Positions 37,576 through 47,396 of a stretch of 53,485 bases of DNA are shown piece after piece (position 1 is the stretch's first letter; the number at the start of each line of letters is the position of its first letter). The DNA comes from Nodularia phage vB_NspS-kac68v162. A model generated the notes under the pieces. It was not told where the DNA came from. It searched no databases and saw only the letters and a list, made by a program, of their open reading frames with translations. A program made the translations under genes and the position numbers. The stretch lies in sequence record MK605246.1, one strand, 5' to 3'.

Positions 37576-37685
37576 GTGGAACTGCCAGAAAATCGTCAAT
37601 AGTATGGTGTGGAACTGCCATTTGTGAGTATATAACTATATGGTAATACTGTTCTAGAGTTCAATAGTATGGTGTGGAACTGCCA
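37576..37685. repeat. Iteron-like direct repeats TCAATAGTATGGTGTGGAACTGCCA
   Basis: Full copies 37596-37620 and 37661-37685; partial GTGGAACTGCCA at 37576. Confidence 0.8.
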
Positions 37686-37818
37686 CGGCGTTTTGCTAGA
37701 CTGTTAATTGATCGCCAAAATAACCCTTGAATATGGATAAGAGTGATCTCACCTGAGATGTGTGGTTATTTACAATTTGATGTAAGTGTGGTTGGTTATT
37801 GGTAATAGCTAGACATAA

Positions 37819-37850
37819 AAAAAACCGACCTAAATTTAGGTCGGTTTTTG
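37819..37850 (-). terminator. Rho-independent terminator
   Basis: AAAACCGACCTAAATTTAGGTCGGTTTTT. Confidence 0.9.
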
Positions 37851-37865
37851 TAGTTGGTCTACTTT

Positions 37866-38552
37866 TTACCCTAAATTAATACTTGCCATTCCACTTGTGG
37901 ATTCTTTAGCTCTACCATTTATAGTTCCGCTATAGTTAATTTTAACCATCCCTGATGCGTTTGCTTTGTAAGCACCATCAACAGTACCGCTAGTTTGGAT
38001 TTTTGAAGTACCTGAAGAATTGGCTTTAACTGCGGCAATACTTTGGTTGCCGTAAACTTGTAAACTTGCACAACCAGAAGTATCTGCTTTTAGTTCCCCA
38101 CCAGCAACAGTAGCTCTTAAACTGGAAGTACCAGATAAGTTAGCGTTCAGGTCATCGCACATGAATAAATCAACTTTAGCTGTACTTGATAAATCTATTT
38201 CCACATCAGCTAGTGCTAGTTTAGCCGATAATTCTGCTATCTCATCTAACTCAATACTGCAATCAATCTTAGGACATTTTATCTTAATTACTGGCGGTTC
38301 ATTATTTTCAGAACTAGAATCGTCGCCACTGAAATCAGATAAATTAATCTTTTTACCGTTGATGGTAACATTACCTGAGAATCCCGAAATGTTAATACCA
38401 CCATTAGATTGAATAACGTTCATCCCATTACCCCGCACTACTCTGGTATTACCTGATTGGTAAATGTTGCCGATTTGGATGTTACCTGACCCTGTGGACT
38501 TCTGAATTACCCTAACTTCTCCATTACTGTTCTCAACTTTAAATTCTTTCAA
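37866..38552 (-). CDS. DUF2807/GIN-domain-like beta-helical protein
   Basis: IEIDLSSTAKVDLF..LSGTSSLRATVAGGELKADTSGCASL..ANSSGTSKIQTSG repeats. Confidence 0.65.
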   Translation of the reverse strand: MKEFKVENSNGEVRVIQKSTGSGNIQIGNIYQSGNTRVVRGNGMNVIQSNGGINISGFSGNVTINGKKINLSDFSGDDSSSENNEPPVIKIKCPKIDCSIELDEIAELSAKLALADVEIDLSSTAKVDLFMCDDLNANLSGTSSLRATVAGGELKADTSGCASLQVYGNQSIAAVKANSSGTSKIQTSGTVDGAYKANASGMVKINYSGTINGRAKESTSGMASINLG

Positions 38553-38800
38553 CTGGTCGGGACTACCTTTGATATCTACTGTGGTTGAGGTGGTGGCGGA
38601 CTGTTCAATGACTACTTTACCAAAGCTTACTTTGATGTCTAGCGCTGTGATGTTTTGAAACTTTTGTATAATGTCCTCCTGTTGTTTTGTTGATTACGTG
38701 GTTTAAATTCATTAATTCATTTTATTACAGCACCGCTACTATAATATATTTTAAATTATGCGTGTAGGAAAGAAGCCCTAGTCTGAGAGCTTCCTTATGC

Positions 38801-39841
38801 CTAACCAGCAGCGCTCCCATAATAAGCACTGTGCCAACCCTGCTTACGCCGACGCGCAACATACTCCTTCCATCTATCACTATGGTGGAACGATCGTTTG
38901 TGCTTGACTTTAGGTTTCACTTCCTCTTGCAGTCTGTCAATCTCCAAATCAACACCTACACCATTGTCATACTCTGAACAAGTATTCAGCACAATCTGAA
39001 AAGCGTTAGCATTCCTAGCCATACATACATCAGGGTGGACAGCCTGCGATAGCTTGCGTCTGCCAGATTTCCCAAACTTTTTGATAAATTTTAGGCAAAC
39101 TAACCGCATTCTGTTTTCATCAACGCCATAACTGTGCAAATCTTTCTTGATACGGGTGATCGCCCTTCGGCATTTCTCATCATCACTCATCTGGTTGTCT
39201 ACAATTGGGACTACTTTTAGCTGACATTCCGACTGTTGCAGTAGCTCAATTACAGTCTTAAGTGTGATCGCTCTTTCGACCAATGACTTTGATAGTGAAG
39301 TCAAACCCCAGGTAAGTTTGTGAACTTTATAGTATTCACGCTCTAGTACCCCATTAATTACAGCACCTGATAAGCAGTTGCAGTCATACACCTGTCTCAC
39401 ACCGTCGTTTGTTTCGCGTAAATACTCACCTACTTTTTTCTTCAAAGAGTAGTCTGATAAACGTTTTAGTCCACAACCAACCATTGCATCTGATAAAAAC
39501 TTCAAATCCTTGGTTACTGTTTCAGGTAATCTGATTGATCGTAATTTCTCAATGCTAGTCAGGAGTTGGGAAGTAAATTTGATGTAATCTCCAATCTCGC
39601 CACTATTTAATCTAGCTGCTATTTTTTCAACTGCTTGTTGAGGATAAAGTTGCAGAGCGATCGTCCTTAATAGCATTTGGGTTACAGCTTCCTTGGAGAA
39701 TGTTGGCTGTCCTATTTTTTCACGGTATTGGCGGTAAATAACTTGCATTTGGTGGTCGCTGTAGTGTTTACCCCTAATTGCCCACAGTAAATGCTCGATC
39801 TCCTTGCGGCTGTAGTGGTCTTTTATTTGTAGTTGTTTCAC
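38801..39841 (-). CDS. Unknown protein with C-terminal DnaJ-like HPD segment
   Basis: FGKSGRRKLSQAVHPDVCMARNANAFQIVLNTCSEYDN. Confidence 0.6.
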   Translation of the reverse strand: MKQLQIKDHYSRKEIEHLLWAIRGKHYSDHQMQVIYRQYREKIGQPTFSKEAVTQMLLRTIALQLYPQQAVEKIAARLNSGEIGDYIKFTSQLLTSIEKLRSIRLPETVTKDLKFLSDAMVGCGLKRLSDYSLKKKVGEYLRETNDGVRQVYDCNCLSGAVINGVLEREYYKVHKLTWGLTSLSKSLVERAITLKTVIELLQQSECQLKVVPIVDNQMSDDEKCRRAITRIKKDLHSYGVDENRMRLVCLKFIKKFGKSGRRKLSQAVHPDVCMARNANAFQIVLNTCSEYDNGVGVDLEIDRLQEEVKPKVKHKRSFHHSDRWKEYVARRRKQGWHSAYYGSAAG

Positions 39842-39855
39842 TTTGTTTTACCTTA

Positions 39856-39869
39856 TAGCAGTAACGCTA
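39856..39869. promoter_or_regulatory. Operator-like site TAGCA-GTAA-CGCTA
   Basis: Near-palindrome upstream of the 38801-39841 gene. Confidence 0.5.
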
Positions 39870-39918
39870 TTATATATGATAAACCACCAAGCTGTATCAG
39901 TTGGTGGTTATGTTTGGT

Positions 39919-40344
39919 TTAACGTGTTAGCACTTCCAACTGTTCAGTGCTTATAGCCTCAGAAAATGCTTGAAACAGGGTTATCTCCGTTCCGAATTTA
40001 AACACCCTATAAGGATCACTAAGCACGGACTTATGCCATTCTTCTATGAAAGCCTTAACTTTTGGGTATCTCTTCCATAAGTAGTAAATACCTGTAGCTG
40101 TTGGGTTTGTGATAGCAGCTTCAGTTTTGAGCCTGTGAAGCTCAGAAAGTATATCTCTTTTCCAGCCATGATACACAGCCAGATCGTTGCCGTTTAGATA
40201 TTCATCACCGTCTCTAACTGATATAAACCAGTAACGGTCTAGCCCGTTAGCAGCTAAACAACCCGTGAATCCCATCAAATCATCTGGATTATCCAGTAGC
40301 TCATCACAGCAAAGCAGTTCCCGCCCTCTCACTCGGATTATCAT
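39919..40344 (-). CDS. Hypothetical protein
   Basis: ORF. Confidence 0.5.
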   Translation of the reverse strand: MIIRVRGRELLCCDELLDNPDDLMGFTGCLAANGLDRYWFISVRDGDEYLNGNDLAVYHGWKRDILSELHRLKTEAAITNPTATGIYYLWKRYPKVKAFIEEWHKSVLSDPYRVFKFGTEITLFQAFSEAISTEQLEVLTR

Positions 40345-40355
40345 TGCTTGTCTCC

Positions 40356-40616
40356 TTAAAAACTAAAACTATCTTGCGCTGATTCCCGGCCACTATTACT
40401 CGCACTTGCAGCTACCCAAGCTAGTAAATGTGGACATCCTAGCTCTATACATTCTTGAGCCAGTGCCACACCGAAAGTGAACTTATGATACGTGTGGCTC
40501 GTCCTATGTGGTGGGTTGTAGGGCTGGGAACAATTCTTAATCAACTGCCTAGCCGCTTCAGGTAATTGTAGGAAGTCGTGGTCTGATGTGGTGTAAATTA
40601 TTGTAGTTTCCATCAA
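40356..40616 (-). CDS. Hypothetical protein
   Basis: ORF. Confidence 0.5.
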   Translation of the reverse strand: MMETTIIYTTSDHDFLQLPEAARQLIKNCSQPYNPPHRTSHTYHKFTFGVALAQECIELGCPHLLAWVAASASNSGRESAQDSFSF

Positions 40617-40801
40617 CTTATGTCTACCTCGTCTAAAATTGATACTACTCGCTCTAATATCTCGGTTGGAACCTTCTTAAAATTCCGTCGCTGCTCAACA
40701 TACTCCATAATTGATCGCTGCAAGCCTATCCTGTAGGCTTTTTCTTTATCTGTGATGAAGTGGTTGGTTTCAATGAAACCTTTTAGCTGTAATGGATTCA
40801 T
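40613..40801 (-). CDS. Hypothetical small protein
   Basis: ORF in operon. Confidence 0.45.
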   Translation of the reverse strand: MNPLQLKGFIETNHFITDKEKAYRIGLQRSIMEYVEQRRNFKKVPTEILERVVSILDEVDIS

Positions 40802-41178
40802 ACTGTTACTTTACTCCGGATAGATTTGAAACCTGCTTTAACTTTCTTGACTGATTTAACTGGTGCTGGTTGCGGATCTTCAGTAATAACTGCTTCCTGC
40901 ATGACTTCCTCAGAAACGATCACATCCTCTTGATTTTCTACTTGCAGTGCTGTTTCTACGACTGCTTCAGGTTCTACGCTTTCCCTCACTTGTTCAGTTG
41001 CTTCAGGTTTAGCAGTTGGTTTTATTTCACTCATAAAACCAATGTACTGCTGCTTTCCGTAAGTTATCCAGGGTTTTGCTAGAGTGTGAATTGCTTGGAA
41101 AACTACGATTACAGCAACAATCAAAATGACTGCGGGCGCAATTGGGCTTTGTGTGTTGAAGTTGTTTGTGGTTGTCAT
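40798..41178 (-). CDS. Single-TM protein with acidic and Lys/Pro-rich tail
   Basis: APAVILIVAVIVVFQAI. Confidence 0.55.
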   Translation of the reverse strand: MTTTNNFNTQSPIAPAVILIVAVIVVFQAIHTLAKPWITYGKQQYIGFMSEIKPTAKPEATEQVRESVEPEAVVETALQVENQEDVIVSEEVMQEAVITEDPQPAPVKSVKKVKAGFKSIRSKVTV

Positions 41179-41246
41179 CAGTCTTACCTTTTGTTGTGGT
41201 TGGCTTATTTTGGTGGCTACCTGTTTTAGTTGAGGTAGCCTTGCGA

Positions 41247-41687
41247 TTAAAATTTGGTGAGGAGTTCTGCTATTAGTTCTTGGTCATTTGTGGGGTCAAG
41301 CCGGGTTACTTTCTCTAGTAACTCCTGATGAAGCTTTTTCAGCTTATGTGCTGCATCTCGTTTTATTGCATTATCCACTGCTTTTTCAACTTCTTCAGCC
41401 AGGAACAAAGATCGGTAAGATGCACCACCGACAGCATCAGTAACTTTTTGGGTACTCGTACAGTCTCTAGAAGATGTAGAAAAGTTGATACCGTGGGAAG
41501 TCTTCACTATTCCCCTAGCATCTACCTTAATTACTGACACTTCAATAAGCTCTTGGTGGAGTTGGTACACATCACCTATAAAAACTCTTGTACCTGGTTG
41601 TAGCTGCTTGCCCTCTTCTGAGGACATTGCATAAAGTTTAGGGTGTGTTTTTGTTAATGCTTGGTTGATTTCTGCGATTGTCATCAT
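41247..41687 (-). CDS. Hypothetical protein
   Basis: 146-aa ORF. Confidence 0.55.
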   Translation of the reverse strand: MMTIAEINQALTKTHPKLYAMSSEEGKQLQPGTRVFIGDVYQLHQELIEVSVIKVDARGIVKTSHGINFSTSSRDCTSTQKVTDAVGGASYRSLFLAEEVEKAVDNAIKRDAAHKLKKLHQELLEKVTRLDPTNDQELIAELLTKF

Positions 41688-41819
41688 GTTCCGCTACCTC
41701 GTTTACTTCCTCTATCTTGCCCTACTTCCTCAATTAAATCAACCGTAATTATACTGAATTTAATTATACTTAAGACAGGAGTACACCTAAATCTGATATA
41801 TTTGGTTGACAAGATAAGA

Positions 41820-41833
41820 TAGTATAGCTACTA
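41820..41833. promoter_or_regulatory. Operator-like palindrome TAGTA-TAGC-TACTA
   Basis: Upstream of plus-strand operon starting 41904. Confidence 0.5.
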
Positions 41834-41903
41834 TAACTATAAGCTGACGAACTGACAAGCTCGTAGGCTGAAATACTTGAAACAACTAACAAAGGTAAAA
41901 CAA

Positions 41904-42545
41904 ATGTCGGATTTAGCAATTTTCAGCGAGAATAATGATACGGAAAAGAAGCCTACTTCTAATGGAGCTACCACAGGCTCAATGACCAAGAAGGGTAAAG
42001 GTGGCGGGTTATCAAAACGGAATGCCAATAAAAACGCACTCGCCAACGCTGTACCCCCTGAAGCAATTCAAAACATTGAAATAATTAACAGGAAGTTCGG
42101 GGCTGAGTTTACCCCGGCATTACTTGCTAAACTAACTGAGGTAGCAGATAGCTGGGAAGCTAACTACACTCAGGAAAGAATGCTAGAGGAAGCATTAGTA
42201 ATCGCTGCTGATAAGAGATCGCGTGATGCGGCTGTAGAGGGTCGTCAACGGGCGCAACTGCAAATCAAAAGACGCGAGTTACTAGCGCTCAAATCAGAAG
42301 CCGAAGAATGGATGGAAAATACCTTTGATACTTTCATCTCGAAACAGTTGGGCGCTGGTTTACCTGTAGCTTACGTTCAGCAACTTGCAACTTCGCAAGC
42401 AGCTAATTTCCACGTTGACTTGAACGACTTTAAACTGAAGGAAGATGGTAGCTGGGGAGAGTTCGCACCTGTGTTTATTCACGAGGATGAGATTGAACTT
42501 ACTACGCAACGCCTGATTGAAATGGGCGTTGAGGTAGAGAACTAA
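41904..42545 (+). CDS. Hypothetical protein (start re-assigned after AAAGGTAAAACAA)
   Basis: ATG at 41904 immediately after AAAGGTAAAACAA. Confidence 0.6.
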   Translation: MSDLAIFSENNDTEKKPTSNGATTGSMTKKGKGGGLSKRNANKNALANAVPPEAIQNIEIINRKFGAEFTPALLAKLTEVADSWEANYTQERMLEEALVIAADKRSRDAAVEGRQRAQLQIKRRELLALKSEAEEWMENTFDTFISKQLGAGLPVAYVQQLATSQAANFHVDLNDFKLKEDGSWGEFAPVFIHEDEIELTTQRLIEMGVEVEN

Positions 42546-42679
42546 TGTACTACCTCATAAGAGCGATAGCGTGTCTCATTATCGTGGTTGCTATGTGTCA
42601 GCTTTTTACCAGCAAAGATAGATTAGCCGCTTATGCTGGGCTTGCAATTCTTTTCTCAATACGATTGCTACTAATCTAA
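42545..42679 (+). CDS. 44-aa membrane protein
   Basis: MYYLIRAIACLIIVVAMCQLFTSKDRLAAYAGLAILFSIRLLLI; start overlaps upstream stop. Confidence 0.5.
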   Translation: MYYLIRAIACLIIVVAMCQLFTSKDRLAAYAGLAILFSIRLLLI

Positions 42680-42683
42680 AACA

Positions 42684-42908
42684 ATGGAAACCACAGCACG
42701 ACAAAACAACAACAGATCACTAACACTAGCAGGTGTAAATAAGCTTTTCTCCTGCTTAGAACCCGCACCAGTAGTGAAACAAGACCCGAAGCTAGGTTAC
42801 TACAGTGTAGCCTACAGAGGTGAGATATTGATGGATAAAACCCTGACAAATGTCAGCCAGGAGTTGTTAAAGCTGGTCGCAAACCAAAGAACTGAGGTGA
42901 CTGAATAA
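42684..42908 (+). CDS. Hypothetical protein
   Basis: ORF in operon. Confidence 0.5.
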   Translation: METTARQNNNRSLTLAGVNKLFSCLEPAPVVKQDPKLGYYSVAYRGEILMDKTLTNVSQELLKLVANQRTEVTE

Positions 42909-43255
42909 TGAAGAAAAGAAGTGGGGGATCTTTTGAACTTCCCCCACAATCTGAAACCAACCAACGAGAACTACAGTTAACCGACTGCGAGATCGAAGCT
43001 TTACGTTCTGAAAGAGAGAAAAGCTATCTATACAGGATGGCACTGATAGACAACGCACTAGATTTACTTCCATTACTGCTTTTAGCAAAGGACAAGAAAA
43101 TGATTGATTTCATCAACTCTGCTTTAGAGGGTGCTTTAGGCTCTGGTTCAGCACTATTTCTTGGTGCAGCCGCATTGGGAATTACAGTGAATGCCCCAGT
43201 TATTTTGTCCGCTTTATTTGGTGGCGCTTTGATCAACTATGCTGTGAGGGAATAG
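42908..43255 (+). CDS. Small membrane protein
   Basis: Hydrophobic C-terminus LGSGSALFLGAAALGITVNAPVILSALFGGALINYAV. Confidence 0.55.
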   Translation: MKKRSGGSFELPPQSETNQRELQLTDCEIEALRSEREKSYLYRMALIDNALDLLPLLLLAKDKKMIDFINSALEGALGSGSALFLGAAALGITVNAPVILSALFGGALINYAVRE

Positions 43256-43512
43256 TTATGGAACCTGGTTATTGTTGATTACTACCATCACGATCAGTAT
43301 TTAGTAATTGAGAAAATCGACAATGGTTACTATTTCACAATTGAAGGTAGTAGATGTAAGGAACCCTTCAAATCAGCATCAGAAGCTGAGATAGCAGCAC
43401 AAATGACAATTGAGCATGATTTAGAAAATGAGGACATTGAGTAATGCTACAACTATACCGAGTAATTTACACACCACACAACACTGACACAAGGATAAAG
43501 GTAACTAAGCCT

Positions 43513-43620
43513 ATGACCTTACAAAAAGCAATCAATACTGCATCAGAGCTAACAAAAGAAAACACTACTGACAACTTATGCTATTCACTTGAATTAGTAA
43601 TGGAGAATGCTGAATGCTAA
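43513..43620 (+). CDS. 35-aa peptide overlapping the next start codon
   Basis: MTLQKAINTASELTKENTTDNLCYSLELVMENAEC after AAAGGTAACTAAGCCT. Confidence 0.4.
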   Translation: MTLQKAINTASELTKENTTDNLCYSLELVMENAEC

Positions 43621-44069
43621 CCTTACCAGCAGGTTCTGTAGAACGGAAACCACAAGGTAAACTTAAACCTAAAGTATTCTGGTTAGGTTCTGCAATGGTA
43701 GCAAGTCTGTTACTTTACAGTAAAACTACACAGCAGCCTAAATTAGTGCAACTCGAAACCAGTAACCAACCAGCACAATACACAGCAGTAGTAGATCGCT
43801 TGGCTGATAATTACCTAGTAGTGGCTCAACAGTTAACAAGTACACCAGGAAACAACTGCTACAAGCGATCACTCAATGACTGCCTAACTTTGATGAAGCC
43901 TGAAGAGGTGCGATCGTTTGAGTCTTTACCACCACAGCAAGCCATCAACTCTGAGTTAAAGTTTCTAGTTTTTCAAGTGAGGGTAGAAGCTTTGGAACTG
44001 GCAAAAGAACGTGTAAGCAGTAGTAGCAGAAAACTGAGATTAGTTCAGGAGAAGAGCCATGCCGGGTAA
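43614..44069 (+). CDS. Hypothetical single-TM protein
   Basis: VFWLGSAMVASLLLYS; conserved-looking Cys pair CYKRSLNDC. Confidence 0.6.
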   Translation: MLTLPAGSVERKPQGKLKPKVFWLGSAMVASLLLYSKTTQQPKLVQLETSNQPAQYTAVVDRLADNYLVVAQQLTSTPGNNCYKRSLNDCLTLMKPEEVRSFESLPPQQAINSELKFLVFQVRVEALELAKERVSSSSRKLRLVQEKSHAG

Positions 44070-44700
44070 ATTGAATTTAAGCTTGAATGCACCAGCTACT
44101 TACACAGCATTAGGACAGTGGACTGGTGTTTCTCAAGCAACAGTAAACGCAGCTTTAAACGGTGATCAAGGTGCAGCAGCCCAAATATTAGATTTTTCTG
44201 AGCAAGCTAAGGCTAGAGCGTCTAATGCAGAAACTATACTTAATGCGGCTACTGAGGGTGTGGAGGCTCTAGGTGAAGTGATAGCCTTAGAGGCACAATT
44301 CTTAGGTACTGCTTCTCAGACTTTTACTACAGCAGCGAAGGCTGTGAACTCTACTTTCCAAAAAGATAAAAAGTTTCAGCACTCACTAATTGAAGGGCAA
44401 GTGCAACATAGGTTAGCCGTTGATGAGGAGAACGTCAGACATAAACGAGCATTGAACTTGTTACCTATGGAATCTAAAACACGAGAAACCATTGCTGGGA
44501 TAAACTACGAAACCAAGCGTTACCAGTTAAATCAGCAGGTAAACGAAGCTAGAGAAAACCGCAAAGAAGCCTTAAATCAACTATCTACACGTCAAAAACA
44601 ACTGCAAAGTCTACAGCGTGTCGGTGGTGGTGGCAAGGGCTTAGGTAGTCCTATCGCCAACGGTGTTAAAGGCTTTTTCAATTTCCTGTTTGGTCATTAA
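44059..44700 (+). CDS. Long helical protein
   Basis: 213-aa ORF with extended coiled-coil composition. Confidence 0.6.
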   Translation: MPGKLNLSLNAPATYTALGQWTGVSQATVNAALNGDQGAAAQILDFSEQAKARASNAETILNAATEGVEALGEVIALEAQFLGTASQTFTTAAKAVNSTFQKDKKFQHSLIEGQVQHRLAVDEENVRHKRALNLLPMESKTRETIAGINYETKRYQLNQQVNEARENRKEALNQLSTRQKQLQSLQRVGGGGKGLGSPIANGVKGFFNFLFGH

Positions 44701-44717
44701 ATTTAAGGAGGATTGCA

Positions 44718-44897
44718 ATGTTCGATGATTTTCTATCTAGCGCACTGATCACAGGTTCTGCTGTAGGTATATTAAGTTTCACCTCTTACATAGTAGCTGG
44801 CGTGATCGTCTCTGTGGGTAGTGGGTTAATTGTTCCTGCTGGTTTATTAGCTGGAATTGTGTTTGCTGTTGGCGGTTTAGTTAGAGGTAGGGTGTAA
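44718..44897 (+). CDS. 59-aa membrane protein
   Basis: MFDDFLSSALITGSAVGILSFTSYIVAGVIVSVGSGLIVPAGLLAGIVFAVGGLVRGRV with AAGGAGG upstream. Confidence 0.65.
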   Translation: MFDDFLSSALITGSAVGILSFTSYIVAGVIVSVGSGLIVPAGLLAGIVFAVGGLVRGRV

Positions 44898-45096
44898 TGC
44901 AAACCACAAAGTTACTCTTAACTAAATACGAATTACAAGAGGCTAGAGATTAAATGCAAAGACTGCTTACCGTGGCAGGATCTGATAACTGATGAGGATG
45001 TCGATGCTTTAACTGATAAGCAGGTTGAGGACGGCATTGCTATGAACTACGACGGCGGTTTAAGTGGGTTCAAAATGGCTTGTGTAGGTAATTAAA

Positions 45097-45369
45097 ATGT
45101 GTTTAACAGATATCTCAATCGGTCAAAGTTGCGTAGTCAGATATGGAAACAGTCACTGCATCCCCACAAATGTAAGCAAGGTTAGCAAACTAGATGGTAC
45201 TTTCCAGGTACATTCCCATCCCAACTTTCCAGGACTGGAGAAAGAAAAATTTACCCTCAAACTCGTGACTGCGGTATCTGATCCAAGTAAAAAGCAGAGA
45301 CATTACAATCACGTCGGCGGATCAAAAGTAATAGATGTTAATTGCTGGGTCGAGTTCATAGTTTACTAA
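45097..45369 (+). CDS. Hypothetical protein
   Basis: ORF. Confidence 0.45.
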   Translation: MCLTDISIGQSCVVRYGNSHCIPTNVSKVSKLDGTFQVHSHPNFPGLEKEKFTLKLVTAVSDPSKKQRHYNHVGGSKVIDVNCWVEFIVY

Positions 45370-45437
45370 TTTTGCCAATATGTACAGTATGGAACACCTT
45401 AGTTATTTCTAGGGTGTTTTTCGCTCTTGATATAAGA

Positions 45438-45451
45438 TAGCAGCAGTGCTA
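45438..45451. promoter_or_regulatory. Operator-like site TAGCA-GCAG-TGCTA
   Basis: Perfect palindrome upstream of 45485 gene. Confidence 0.55.
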
Positions 45452-45484
45452 TATTATTGAAATAACTTAAACAAGTGGAACAGC

Positions 45485-45799
45485 ATGAAACGACGATCGC
45501 TCACACAAACACTCAACTACTATGGACAATCATGCTTATTGATGTGTGGGGCTGAGGCAATGTGCCAGGATCTACCCCGTCAGCTAGGGATTGATATGTT
45601 CATGCTTTTAAGCGAAATCAACCCTGATAATTCAACAGCCGAGGATTTTACTTTGCTTTTACTGAGACTAATGAAGGCTTATCCCAACGTAACTCAGACA
45701 CAACTACTAGACTTACACGCTGAGATAGTCAAGATTATTGGCGACTATGGTGATCGCATTTTGCAAGAAATAGCAGGAGGTCAACGAGATGTTAGCTAG
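45485..45799 (+). CDS. Hypothetical protein
   Basis: ORF. Confidence 0.55.
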   Translation: MKRRSLTQTLNYYGQSCLLMCGAEAMCQDLPRQLGIDMFMLLSEINPDNSTAEDFTLLLLRLMKAYPNVTQTQLLDLHAEIVKIIGDYGDRILQEIAGGQRDVS

Positions 45800-46331
45800 A
45801 AATAATGGCTATTATCAGCAGGAGCAGCAAGAACCAGACTACTTATATGAGCAGTATGACTCACAGCAAGTGCAGCGACGTATTGAGGATAGTGATGCGT
45901 GGGTTGATACTGGTATTGGTGTCGGACAAGGGGTGGTATTAGCAGGTATTCAGATGGTAACAGTCGAAACCTTGTATATGTTTGGTGCTGTGGGATTTTT
46001 CCCGATGGTAGTTGCAGCAATACCTGTAACCCTAGCCTTTGGCACTGTGCTGAACACCATCACCATAGATAACGGTTTCTCAGTAAGTGATTTGGGTAAA
46101 TTTGGTGGAGGTTTGTCGAGGTGTGCTTTGCTGTCGCTGAGTTCTTGGAAACTTTACAGTGATAACAAGAGATCACACGAGATAGCCAAAGAAGGTATCT
46201 CCACTATTCAGTACCAACTGGATAAATATGAAGGTAGGCAGCAGCCGGCTAACTATGATAATTTGGGGTTGATTGCGATCGTCCTTGGGCTGTTTCTTGT
46301 GGGAGTGGTTATGGGTGGTAGAAGGAAATGA
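45789..46331 (+). CDS. Multi-TM membrane protein
   Basis: GVVLAGIQMVTVETLYMFGAVGFFPMVVAAIPVTLAFGTVL; C-term LIAIVLGLFLVGVVMG. Confidence 0.6.
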   Translation: MLARNNGYYQQEQQEPDYLYEQYDSQQVQRRIEDSDAWVDTGIGVGQGVVLAGIQMVTVETLYMFGAVGFFPMVVAAIPVTLAFGTVLNTITIDNGFSVSDLGKFGGGLSRCALLSLSSWKLYSDNKRSHEIAKEGISTIQYQLDKYEGRQQPANYDNLGLIAIVLGLFLVGVVMGGRRK

Positions 46332-46362
46332 GTTATTGAGTTAAAAAATATAGGTGCAAAAT

Positions 46363-46396
46363 AAAACCCCTAACTATTACAGCTAGGGGTTTTTGG
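46363..46396. terminator. Terminator
   Basis: AAAACCCCTA...TAGGGGTTTTT. Confidence 0.8.
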
Positions 46397-46562
46397 TTAT
46401 CTAATAAACAATTGTCTCTACTGCCACTAAAACCCCGACATTAAGAATGTTATGGGATACGAGAAAGTTAAAACTCTGTTCACGGAGAACAACGGTACTA
46501 GATGCCATTCCTTAGTGGAAGATGCCTTTTCAAGAGCAGTATTGCAAAGATTAGGCTAAGTA

Positions 46563-46847
46563 ATGACCAGACCTAAAATACATTATATAGGCGATCCATG
46601 CTGTAACAGTAAAGGACGATCACCTTTATTAGCAGACAGTATTTATGATGTGACCTGCCAAGGATGTATTGCTGCTTTTCACGGTAAAAAATTGGGTGGT
46701 CGTCCTCCTAAGAATGAAACCAAAGGTGTGACTGTAGCTGTGAATTTATCACCCAAGGCTTACGACAAACTACAAAGTATTCCAAGCGGTGATCGTTCTG
46801 GTTGGGTGAGTGAGTTGATTGAGAAAAGTAATGAAAAGGTAAGATAA
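46563..46847 (+). CDS. Small RHH-like protein
   Basis: KGVTVAVNLSPKAYDKLQSIPSGDRSGWVSELIEK. Confidence 0.6.
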   Translation: MTRPKIHYIGDPCCNSKGRSPLLADSIYDVTCQGCIAAFHGKKLGGRPPKNETKGVTVAVNLSPKAYDKLQSIPSGDRSGWVSELIEKSNEKVR

Positions 46848-46955
46848 TGCTACTGAAAATCACGATACCAAGTAATGAAAATAGTATAAGCCAGGAAATT
46901 GTGGCAGAAATTGCAACTTACTCTAAAACTGGACTCCATAAACAATCTTGGTATC

Positions 46956-47396
46956 TCAAAGAACCTTATGGGTTGTATCATTCACTACTGCTAGCTGCTG
47001 TTCCAGTAACTTATTATTGTTTTCTGCTAACTTCCTAATTACTTGCTTTTGACCCAGTAACTTAGTGTATTCATATTGTCTTTTGGATGATTCCCTACTC
47101 CTCACCCTTGCTTCTTTTATGGTTTCGTTAGGCATATTTGCGCCTGGGGTTAAATAAACTTCGCTAAAGACTTTCTCAGGTTGATCAGGATAATACTTGT
47201 TAAACCTTCTGTAAAAAGCCGCTCTAGAAATGCCTAGATGCTCAATCCATCGTGATTTGGTCAGTGTTAAACCATTGTAGGTTAAGAATACTTTTTTTGG
47301 CATATTGCTAAATCTCGATAACCCAGTAATCAGATAATTCAGCTTTAACTCTGTTGGCAACATTAAGCCAGTTAACAGATTTCCAAGCTGATTCAC
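46956..47396 (-). CDS. HTH-containing protein resembling homing-endonuclease DNA-binding modules
   Basis: LTYNGLTLTKSRWIEHLGISRAAFYRRFNKYYPDQPEKVF. Confidence 0.5.
   Translation of the reverse strand: MNQLGNLLTGLMLPTELKLNYLITGLSRFSNMPKKVFLTYNGLTLTKSRWIEHLGISRAAFYRRFNKYYPDQPEKVFSEVYLTPGANMPNETIKEARVRSRESSKRQYEYTKLLGQKQVIRKLAENNNKLLEQQLAVVNDTTHKVL

Noticed and set aside
43252-43443. Coding-like frame IVDYYHHDQYLVIEKIDNGYYFTIEGSRCKEPFKSASEAEIAAQMTIEHDLENEDIE
   Set aside because: No usual start codon in frame; the nearby ATG is in another frame. Possible gene, but start not supportable.
44897-45093. Possible frameshifted gene MQTTKLLLTKYELQEARD / EIKCKDCLPWQDLITDEDVDALTDKQ...MACVGN
   Set aside because: Short frames and an uncertain junction; not strong enough to call.
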